The notes under the pieces were generated by a model. The model was not told the DNA's origin. It did no database searches and saw only the letters and a program-made list of their open reading frames with translations. The position numbers were made by a program, and so were the translations under genes. From Spironucleus salmonicida (taxonomy: Eukaryota), in the NCBI RefSeq assembly GCF_000497125.1, contig NC_090597.1, positions 383,797 through 447,796 of the forward strand: a stretch of DNA of 64,000 nucleotides. Reading direction: 5' to 3'. Shown here in pieces: positions 53,769-64,000 of the stretch. Position 1 is the stretch's first letter. Each line of letters opens with the position of its first letter.

Positions 53769-54437
53769 ATGGACTTCCTGAAAAGTGCTGATTTCTTCGT
53801 TTTCGACTTCGATGGCACGCTCTTCGACACCGTCGGCAAGGCATCCCAAATCGACCGCGAGCTATTGCACATGCACGGGGTCCCTGATTTCGACCGTAAG
53901 GCGGTCGAGGAGGAGATCAACGGCTTGAGCTGCGCGGCCTACATGGCCTATCTGCGCGCAAAGTTCACGCTCGCCGCGGACGTGCCGACGCTCCAAGCGG
54001 ACCTCTTCGCGATCGTGGCCCGGGTGTACCCCGCCTGCTCGTTCGTCCGCGGCGCGCTGCCGCTGCTCGCGCTGCTCAAGGCGCGCGGGAAAAAGGTCGG
54101 AATCGCGACCGCCGCGGGGCGCGAAATGCTGGAAATCGTCTTCCAGCACTTCCCGCAGTTCGCGCGCCTCGTGGACTGCCTGGTCACGTGCGAGGAGGCT
54201 GGCGCCTCGAAGCCGGACCCCGCGGTGTACCTGCGCTGTCTGGAGGGCCTGGGAGGGCAGGTTTCGCGCGCGGTCGTCTTCGAGGACACCGTCGCGGGGC
54301 TCCGCGGGGCGCGCGCGAGCGGGATGTTTGTCGTGGGGGTCATTTCTGATAGCGCGAACTCCGCGGCGAAGGCGGCGCTGAGCGACTGTTCTGGGACTGA
54401 TTTGGAGTGGGTTTGCGAGTTTATGGGGTGCGAGTGA
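53769..54437 (+). CDS. HAD-superfamily hydrolase, subfamily IA (beta-PGM/CbbY-like), 222 aa
   Basis: FDFDGTLFDT (motif I), IAT (II), KPDPAVY (III), VVFEDTVAGLRGARASGM (IV). Confidence 0.93.
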   Translation: MDFLKSADFFVFDFDGTLFDTVGKASQIDRELLHMHGVPDFDRKAVEEEINGLSCAAYMAYLRAKFTLAADVPTLQADLFAIVARVYPACSFVRGALPLLALLKARGKKVGIATAAGREMLEIVFQHFPQFARLVDCLVTCEEAGASKPDPAVYLRCLEGLGGQVSRAVVFEDTVAGLRGARASGMFVVGVISDSANSAAKAALSDCSGTDLEWVCEFMGCE

Positions 54438-55585
54438 GTGCATTTTGAGGGCTTTGGGGTGAAAATTCGTGCGGTAATGTGATTTGTGGGGAATAAGCAG
54501 TGGAATAGAGTAGTGCGGGGCAGTTTGTGGGCTAGATTGAGGGTTGCCGGGACTGCGATATTGAGAGGTATAGGTCGTTGTGAGTGTTTGGGCAATTTAA
54601 GAGTGCGTTCTGGCGGTAAAATTTAAAATTAGGAGTGCAAGTGCGGTGGAATGACGATGAAGTCTTGTAGGATGTGCGAAAAAGAGAAATGCGTTTAGTG
54701 CGCAGTTGGAAATAGCGTGCGTGGGGTGCTTGCGTCAGCTGTGCAGGACTGGTAGAGGGCGAAAAGTGTGATTGCGGGGCCAAATAAATTAGCTGAGCAA
54801 CTGCGGCTAAGAAAATTTATGCTGAGCATGGCATGATGGTCATGTGCTGAAAAAGGAGAATATAGTAGTTGTGCTGGCAATCCCCGGCTCTGCGTGGAAA
54901 AAATTTCGTCAAATACGATTATTTGCATCGTCATGGGAATCTTAGGTGGGATAGCTTTAATATTCGGGGATGAGGTATTTGTAATCGTCGCTAGGAAACG
55001 GAGATTCCATGTTAATCGCGATTATGGTGCAAACATTTTAGGCCAGAGCAAGGACTCGAGCGGCTAGTTATTTTGAGTGGCATTTTACCTATTTTAAATG
55101 CTATTGGCGTTAAAGCTTTTGAGGTAGATATCGGATGGTATTATATAGGAGAGGTTAAGGAAAATGCTTTACTGAGAGTTTAAGTAAAACTTTCACAACC
55201 TTCATGTATTCTAGTCGCGAGAGTTATAAGCATTATCTTGTGATTGTCATTAGCCATTGTACTGAAAAATGATTAGTTTCAGAGGATGTTAGTAGGTGAC
55301 TACTGGGTTGTATAATTGTAAATGCTGCTGCTAAATTAATACTTTTAACTTCAATTTTTGGCCCATTCTCATAAACGGATGTGAGTATGACCATTGTGCA
55401 GTAAGTTTCCATAAACAGTCAGATACATATAATGTGATAAATATCTTAATTTTAGGATATGGCTTATACGAGGATTGGGCTAGATGCGCTTTATTATAAT
55501 ATACAGGACGCATATAGTAAATGCTGCATACAAGCTATAATCATAATATGGAAATTGCGTACCTTGACGTAATTAATAAATAAGT

Positions 55586-55691
55586 TAGCACGACTAGGAA
55601 TCGAACCCAGGTCTCTTAATAACTATCTGTCATATGAATGGTCACATTGAAATGTTAAATTGCAAGAATGCTCCCACTGCACCATCGTACT
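55586..55691 (-). tRNA. Intron-containing tRNA (or tRNA-like) gene; identity uncertain, best reading tRNA-Gln(UUA)
   Basis: Acceptor AGTACGA/TCGTGCT+A, D arm GTGC-AGTGGGA-GCAT, T arm CTGGG-TTCGATT-CCTAG, anticodon stem CTTG/TAAG with ~34-35 extra nt in the anticodon loop. Confidence 0.72.
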
Positions 55692-56646
55692 GATGTGGTA
55701 TTTCCGCAACTATATAATATTTCCTTATTAGCCTAGAACGTACTTAGCTCTATATGAAAATTATGCAGAAAGTATCATGCTTCATAAATTACTTAAACTA
55801 GCCATAGACACCTATTCCTTGCATAAGGAGATCGCCATACACAAAAGCTGATTACGCTGGATCTAGGCATTTCCCTAAAAGTGTTTACTTTGCTAAATAC
55901 AATTATAATATGTATTGATACTTTTCTAAAATACGAACATGGAAACCTGTAGATGATTTATTTCATATCGAGGGTAGTTTGATTTAATATTTGGTTATAT
56001 TAACAACAAATTACCACTAAGACGCTACTGGACCGTATTTCGCCTAAGTGGTGAATCTATTTATATAAATACTACTAGTTACCGTAAATCACTAAACTAG
56101 TCTTGATAACAAACTACTACTTACTGTTTGCATAAATTTTTAAGAAGTGATATTAATTTAGCTACGAAATTATTGGTATAGCGTCTACTGTTAATAAGTT
56201 CGAATTAAATTAACTTATTATTTAACTTAACTTTAGGCACTCTTACTTAAAATATTTTGAATATTTTTACTTAAGCTATCTAGAATGGTTAATTTATAGG
56301 AAATAAGCGATTAATAGGTGTAAAATAATAAAGCTAGGTATTAAAATAATATTATTATTGTTAACTGTCTTTCAATAAATAGTGTATTAAATTAAAGCTT
56401 CCACAGTAAAAATTTATATCAAAATTTGCTTAAAACTATAACATTTGATGTAAACTTATACGTCATAACAATTACAGAATGCTTACTGATGTAAAAGTAG
56501 ATTACGTGGTTCCTATTATCTAAAGTTTCACTTTACTCTGTTCTGATAAACATACTTGCCTATTAGCATTTAAGATAAAATAAACCATTGATAGTGAGCA
56601 AAATAGTGAATAAATATAGCATTTCACAAAATAAATATTAAACCTC

Positions 56647-59600
56647 TCACTTTGCCATACTGTGCTGGAAGCTGTATTTCTTAGGGCGCTTGGCGTAAAA
56701 TATGGACACGCCGGCTATTATGCCTACCGCGGCCACCGCAGCTACCACCATACCGGTTATGTTCGCTATGAACAGCGACTCATTGCGCTATTCTTCTATC
56801 GGGACGCAGGTGTGTTCGACCATTTCAAACCCCTCGGCGCAGGAGTCACATTAATTTGCCGTGCTCAACTTCCACTCCGGAGTGCAGGCGAAGCATTTCG
56901 TGCCGCTGCAGTTTGCGCAGTTTAACATGCCGGCGCAGTTGCACGACTTCCCGCCGTTGCAAGGCTCGCAGGACTGGGAGGCACCGCACATTTCACCTAC
57001 CAAGCAGTTATCGTCCGTCTTGCACATCACCTTGCAGACCTGATCGACCAGTACGTATCCGGTAAAGCAGCCTGCGCACTTGTTCCCGTCGCAGCTCGTG
57101 CAGGTGTCGAACTGGTTCCCCTCGCAGTTGCAGAAATAGCCTGTGGATACATGCTCGCACAGAGAGCAGGAAGGTGGCAAAATACAAGCATGCCCGGTGA
57201 GGCAGAAGGACGAGTCCTGGGTGTTCTCGCAGACCCCTGTGAAGCCTGGAGGGCTCACCATGCACTGCTTGTTGATCATCACCGACCCCGCCATGCAGGT
57301 GGCGCAGCCCTTGTTGTCCGCGGTGCAGGTGGCGCAGTTCTACGCGCTGCCGCAGTTGCACTGGTTTTGGACCGCAGGGCATTCTTTCGTATCATTGGGG
57401 CCGCTGCAGTAGTGCCCCGCCGGAACATTGATGCTGCAAATCGGCACCGAGCAGGAGTTCTGAGAGTCGGGCCCGTACCCCGGCAGGCAGCTGGAGCAGG
57501 TTCCGGCAGCACTGCACGCGACACAGTTTATCGAGTCGCCGCAGTTGCAGGCTTTGTCCTATTTTCCGCAGACGTTGCACTCGCTGGCAGTCTCGTCGCA
57601 GTACTAGTTTACTGGGCAGTCAGAGGTGTCAAGGCAGCTGACTTTGGGTTGGCAGAAGCCGTTCACGAGCAGAAAGCCCTCCAGGCAGGTCTGGCAGCTG
57701 TCTTGGTACGCCGAGCAGGTCTGGCAGTTTTTGGCCTCCGAGCATTTGCATTCCTTAGCCGATGAGGTGGTGCAGAGCTCGCAGCTGGCTTCTGCATCAT
57801 TAGAAGGACAGAAGAAGCCGTTGAAGCAGGAGTTTGCTGGCCCGCATTTGTTAGGCTTGCACTCGCCCTTGAGGAGGTCCAGCCCAGCAATGCAGAGCTT
57901 GCACAGCTTATCTTCGCAGAAAATGCAGTTTTCGCGCATGGTTCCGTCGCAGTTGCACGACTTCCCACTCGTCAGCTGGTTGCAGGGAAGGCAGACCTCG
58001 CCGAACTAGCCATTGCAGAAGAACGAGTTGTTGCACCTCGAAGACTTGTTATCTTGGTCGCATATATTTTTAGTTTCATTGGTGATTTTAGCGCATTACA
58101 AAGTGGAAGGATTGAATACATGGCCGCTCGTGCACGTCTGGCAAGTGTTGGATAGAATTCCGCAGGTTTTACAGTTATCTGCCGTTCCGCAGTTGCACGC
58201 TGCGTCTACCGCAATTGAGCATGGCTCGCACTTTGCGTTTGCTGCCGAGTCAGGCGGACAGTGGTGTTGGGGAAGGCATTTGGTCGCCGAAAGATCATCC
58301 CCGCAGTTATTTTCGGCGCAGGCCCCATGTAGCAGCTCAAACCCGGTAAGGCAGCTCGTGCAGCTTCCACTGCTGCATTTGTTACAGTTCTTGATGTCGT
58401 CCCCGCTGCAGTGGCAGGATTCGTGTATCTTGATCTATCCACAGCTGACGCAAATTGCTCCAAAACTATCATTACAGTAAAAGTCGTCATTACACAATGT
58501 TGATTTACCATTCGAATCGCATATATTTCCCTTCAGACTACATTAATTCTTCGCATCTAATTCGTATCCGGCAATGCATGAACCACAGGAGTTACTGGCG
58601 CTACCGCAGGTTTGGCAGAAGTTGGCCCCGCATTAGCAGGCGTTAGATGATGATTATGTGCATAGCTAGCAGTTAACCGTGCCGCTGCTCCCATCAGGGC
58701 AGTAATTTCCCAATGCACAGGTGCTTGAGGGCCCACCAGAATTGCAGGTGTTTGTGACGCAGATGTTGTTGTACGGAAAGTAGCCGTCAATGCAGGCCTC
58801 GCAGCCACTATTCTCCGAATTACATTACTTACAGTTTTGGAACAACGCGCTTCCGCATTTGCAGACCTTTTTTATGGTCATGGTATCACAAGATACGCAT
58901 GCGTCTCCGAATTTGCCGTCGCAGAACTTTCCCGTCGTGCAAAGCGTGGAGCCGTGGGCGAAGTCGCAGATATCGCCCTTCAAAACGCATTGTTTGTTAC
59001 TAGATTACAAATCATAGCCAGAGAAGCAGGACCCGCAAGTATTAGCTATAGAACCACACGTTTAACAGCTGGGGAGAAGCCCGCACTTGCATTCCTGCTG
59101 CTAATCATGACATTTCTTACAAACCTCGGTTCCCGATGCCGCGCTGTTCGGACAGTAGTACCCGTCAATGCAGTTTTGCGTGTTTTTGGGCTCTCCGCAC
59201 ATATTGGGTACGCAAACCCCCTCGATAGCCAGATATTTATCAATGCAAACTTCGCATTAGGTCCCGTTGCATTTCTTGCAGTTTTCTTGGAGCGTCAAGT
59301 CGCAATTGCAAAACTGGCCCTCTGCAATACTCGCGCATTCCTAACAATCATCTCCAGGATCTCCATTGCACATAAACCCTACAGTACATGTAAAGGACTC
59401 CTTTAAGGGGCTGCAAACGTTCGACTTCGCCACGCAGCGCCTTTCTTTGTTGAAATCGAAGCCGGGAAGACAGGTTTTGCACGTCTTGGCATTAAGATCG
59501 CACGTCTCGCAGTTTTACAGGTAAAAGCACTAGCACGGTACCGTTTAACCAACCTCGCAGGCCTCACAAGCCGCCATTCCCTGCGTCCACGCCGGGCAGG

Positions 59601-60609
59601 CATAATTATTCAAGCACAAGCTCGTCTCGTTCGTACAATAGTTAGCTATGCAGTTGGTCCCAGTGCTAATTCGTGACATGAAAAATCCGTATCCGCATTC
59701 ATCACATTCTGCGTTTTTGCACCTAATGCAATTATAGAGCTTTCGATGTGGGTTGCAGTTACATCCTTCGCTGAGATACATCGTATCGCAAGATCGGCAA
59801 ACCAGACCGCTTTCGTCGCAGTAGAACCCTTTTGTGCAGTTTGAACTCGTGGGGTTGTTTGGGTTACCGCCTGAAATACAAGTCTTTGGGTCCTAGCAAC
59901 TTTTATATTCCTAGTTGAAAACCGTTCCAAAGGTCAAACCTTGGGCACAGGTCCTGCAGCCAACTCCGCCAACGTCGCATACCTTACATCCATCTATTGT
60001 ATCATAATCCTCACAATAGCATCGAACACCTGGGTCCGTACTCGTAGAACAGCTGTTACATTTACCGCCGCTACAATGATATCCTACGTCACAGTTATTG
60101 CTGACCTAGCAAGATTTTTAAATGATCGTACGTTCGCATTTCCCATTTACCAAGATTAATCCCACAATGCACTTTGAGCAGAAGTCGACATCACAGCTCT
60201 GGCATCCTGCTATGGCTTTACCGACGCAGTTACAGATTCCTTAAATGTTTATTCCGCCGCACTTTTGGCATTTGGCACCAGACTATTGGGGACAGAAGTA
60301 CTCGTGCGGGCAGACTGCCGAATCGTTGTTGCAGTTATCTTGGGAGAGAATACAACGGTTGTTAGACAGAGTATAACCAGTTATGCACTTGGAGCACTAG
60401 ATTCCGGTACACTCAGCACAGTTTTCTCGTAGGTTGTCTGCACAGTTGCACTTCTTTCCAGGGAGCATGTTAACGTGACATTTTTTACACATCACGTCGT
60501 CTTTATAGTTAGGAAGAGGACAATATGAGTTAGTAGCACAGTCGAGTGAGTGGAGTTGCAGATCGAGGTTTCTAGAGCAGTTTCCATAATAATTCTATGG
60601 TTCTGGCAT
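56647..60609 (-). CDS. Large cysteine-rich membrane protein, ~1320 aa
   Basis: MPEPQNYYGNCSRNL...; track ORFs 59545, 57604 and 56851 share one frame joined by TAA/TAG; C-terminal TM then FYAKRPKKYSFQHSMAK*. Not every internal codon was checked. Confidence 0.88.
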
Positions 60610-62124
60610 TTTATAATAAATAGAGTTATATGATAATTATAATTTCAGAGACTTTTGAAATATGAATAGAAATGGGTTTTTAATGGATTCATCTGCTAAT
60701 AATTTTATATTTTGATTGTATTGTGATTTTTTCCCAACAAAATTATTAATATTGCTTTAAAGTAGTTAATATTCCTATTATTTTTAGAAAATTAATTTAG
60801 TATAGTGTGTCATGTCAAAATTTAGTCAATTGAAGATAAAATGGATTTAAATTTTGAATAAACTAACTATTTCATTAATATAATAATGTTATATTTGAAA
60901 AATTTAACGTAATATATAAATTTTATATAAAAAAGATGTTTATATAAAAATAAAATACTTATATTTTTTAAAGAAATATTCTCAAATATATTTTATATTA
61001 TTCATTAAAAATAATGAATGATAGTTTCCTTTCACGTAAATTTTAATAATTATTTCGTATTATGATAAATATATTGATTTCTCTTTTTATCTCGAATTTG
61101 TTAACAATAAGAAAAAAATTATATGTCCATACTTAACTATATTATTAGAATGGGTATATGCAATTTACAGTATACTTATTATTATTTAATATATAAACTT
61201 AATCATTATTAAGCATTATTCGCTTTAAAATTGATAAAATATTGTTGCTATCTTATTTGCATCATCTAGAGCAGTATGATCTTACATTGTCGAATAATCA
61301 TATATCATAATATTAAAAAATAGTAGAAATAAGAGTTGATAAGTAGATTAAACTTATCATAACACTTTTCAGACTTAAAATTTCATCAAAATAAGTATAC
61401 TATGTATTTACATATTAATATTATTTCTCCTTATTTCTTTTAATAAGGACGATGAACGTATTCACGGTAACTAAGGTTTAAGAAAATATATTTTAATAAA
61501 TAATAATATAATACATATAAATTATATTTATATCTTTATATGTATTGTTCACTCATATTAACTATTGATTATAATACTTAAGTATACTGAATTAAAAAAA
61601 GTGCTGATAAAATTCAGCGTAATATTAATATTCCTAATAATAGTAAATAATAAAGCATTGGAAATATAAAATAACATATTAAATTATTGAATAGTTAGGG
61701 TTTTGTAAAATAAAAGTGATTTTAATCTTAGTCTCAAAGATAACAAAACCTGATATCTTATTTCTACTCATTTATTAAAAAGTTTATTAATTATTGAATC
61801 TGATTCCAAGGTACATGACCAAGGATAATCCTGCTTACGTAAATAACTAATTTATGTTAAGGAAACCGTATGTTTGCTCTATAGACAATTGTAGAATAAC
61901 TTGGACCTAAAGTAGACAGGTATTTATGAACTAAACATAAATATCCCCAGATGGTAACTACAGACACCTATTGGTTAAAAGATTAAAGAGATAACCTATA
62001 ACATTATGCTATTATAACATATTTTACAAACCATATCTAGTTAGTGGTATAACTACGAGTACCGGCAACTACTAATTAATTTATTCTTTGAATGAGTACA
62101 TTAAAACCTTTATTTTGAGGTGAT

Positions 62125-62146
62125 TATATATATATATATATATATA
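62125..62146. repeat. (TA)n microsatellite
   Basis: About 11 TA units. Confidence 0.9.
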
Positions 62147-63327
62147 ATATTGAGTACGCTCCGTATTGATCGGATATGCTTAGTAAATATTCCCATAATT
62201 ATAATTCTGTATATAAAACTACTGTATAAGAATAAATAGACCTTCAGAAGCTCATGTAAATAAAAGTTCCGGTATCATTGGTCCTGTTATCTGTGGTATC
62301 ATCAATATCCGAACGCCATGCTTCTAAATAAATACATTCTTCTATATATTATATTCTTTAGCTGGATAATGCAAAATATATATCGCTTAATAATTCGTTA
62401 ATTTTAAAATAAAATGATTGGACCATTTACCGCTATTTTCAACCTACATAAGATTGTAAAATCTCAATGCATCTCTTTTAAAAATATGTATTCTTTGTAT
62501 TTCGTTGCATTTTAACACTACTTTTAAACATTATAAGGCCTCAATTAATACCAATTTTTATTTCATATAGCTTAAGGTTGAAAAAGAGTTCTCACACAAC
62601 AAATATCACATTGGACATTATACTATTATGACATGCTATCAATACCGGCTTAATACGCGGTATATTTATTTTGAATGCCTCGCCAAGAAGGAGTCACCGA
62701 TATTTAACTATTTTACATTTATTTATTATTTCTGTATATACCATATAATAATGAAATAATCAAAAAAATTTAATAAAATTAATAACAAAAAATATAATCA
62801 TAACTAACTTTATTACATCAGAAAAACGTTTAAATTAACCTTGAATATATATTTATTGAAGCATAGCAATAATAATATTCAAATTAACTTCTGCCAACAG
62901 GCAAATTGACAATAACAAAACAAGGATATAATTTAGACAAATAATCTTAGCAATTTTATTTGATTCAACACTTACCAGAATAAGTTCCTATGAAATTAAA
63001 TATATTTCCATCTGATATTATCTTATTATTATTAAATATAGTAAATTTTACCATAAATAAATGTTATATCCTAAAATTCTACTACTAGTTAGATAAGAAT
63101 ATATTTAAGCCTAAAATAATTTATTCGTATATAATAACTATCTAAAGTAATTGAAATAATAATATGAATGATTATCATTATTTTCTCTAATATTAAATTA
63201 AAGCTACGCTCATTATGAGTTTTCAAATTAATCATTTTTTATACAATCAAACTCATATTCTACTTTTATAGTTGTTGTAAAATTTTAGTACGATTAATAT
63301 ATCAAATATACAATAGTATCATTCGCC

Positions 63328-64000
63328 TCAAATGTCAGTATTATACTCGTTCGCGCTCATGCTCTCGTTGAGCTCCTGCGCCTCCTGCTCCAGGGCCATG
63401 AACCTTCTCTCGCTCTTCTTCCTCAAATACCTGATCACGAACACGACGATCGTGATGACGAGCGCAAGTGCGATGACTACGCCGATAACGACGAAAATGG
63501 CCACCGAGCCCTGAAGGTCGCTCACGCAAGACTCACCGTCGAACGTGAACCCGTTCTCGCAGCGCTTGCAGCGGCTTCTGATGGTGAGCCCGCCCAGGCA
63601 CTGCCTGCAGTCCTGCTGGATGTCGAATCCGGGGTGGCAGGAATCGCAGAAACCGGTTTGGGCGTTCGGCCTGTAGCCGTATTTGCAGGCACTGCAGGCG
63701 GACTCCTCAGAAAAGCCGGTCTTGCAGTTGAGACAGTTCGACTTGATGTCAAACTGGTTCAGGCAGTCCGAGCAGCCTTTCGCGGGATCGTAGTTCGTGG
63801 GGCACCGGCATATGAACTTTTTCACACCACGGTCGAACAGGCAGCTGGACTCGGGACAGCTCGCGGTACAAGTGCTAGGAGCGCAAATGAAGGTCTCGTC
63901 CGGATACGTATAAAGGATAAAGTTAGCCTTGCAGTTTAAACAAAACTTATCCATATTTTCAGCTTTGCACGAACATTTTGGGGAGAGGACGCCGGCCAAG
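63328..64000 (-). CDS. Cysteine-rich membrane protein, 3' part (5' end beyond the window)
   Basis: Short CxxC..G[FY]D repeats, TM VAIFVVIGVVIALALVITIVVFVI and tail RYLRKKSERRF...NTDI*. Confidence 0.9.
   Translation of the reverse strand, partial: LAGVLSPKCSCKAENMDKFCLNCKANFILYTYPDETFICAPSTCTASCPESSCLFDRGVKKFICRCPTNYDPAKGCSDCLNQFDIKSNCLNCKTGFSEESACSACKYGYRPNAQTGFCDSCHPGFDIQQDCRQCLGGLTIRSRCKRCENGFTFDGESCVSDLQGSVAIFVVIGVVIALALVITIVVFVIRYLRKKSERRFMALEQEAQELNESMSANEYNTDI

Noticed and set aside
54450-55420. Minus-strand ORFs downstream of the HAD gene
   Set aside because: With TGA the only stop and a G-poor strand, 150-300 codon ORFs arise by chance; the frames are discontinuous and have no recognisable domain.
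1-64000. Transposon/retroelement, rRNA, spliceosomal introns, bacterial operon features
   Set aside because: No RT, integrase or transposase motifs, rRNA-like sequence, or GT...ACTAAC...AG intron pattern interrupting a gene was seen; the genes read through continuously in table 6.

Overview
AT-rich eukaryotic DNA that uses the alternative nuclear code in which TAA/TAG = Gln and TGA is the only stop (table 6). The code and gene content point to a hexamitid diplomonad, most likely Spironucleus. The supplied standard-code ORF track therefore fragments almost every gene; coordinates here were re-derived by hand in table 6. About 1-34 kb is an array of cysteine-rich membrane protein (CRMP, VSP-like) genes: 7 intact-looking, 1 young pseudogene and several decayed copies, plus a ~3.3 kb segmental duplication and clear module shuffling between paralogues. 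About 36-55.7 kb is a compact, apparently intronless housekeeping block: palmitoyl-protein thioesterase (frameshifted), MORN/RSPH1-like, PH+AGC kinase, two paralogous type I membrane proteins, PQ-loop and ENT transporters, RIIa and Dpy-30 microproteins, ArfGAP, HAD hydrolase and an intron-bearing tRNA with an atypical anticodon arm (possibly tRNA-Gln(UUA)). The window ends with a 1320-aa CRMP and a 5'-truncated CRMP. The most notable signals are the odd tRNA, a sharply bounded GC-rich 353-bp gene-conversion tract, mosaic CRMPs and recurring C-rich to G-rich skew switches around GC islands.
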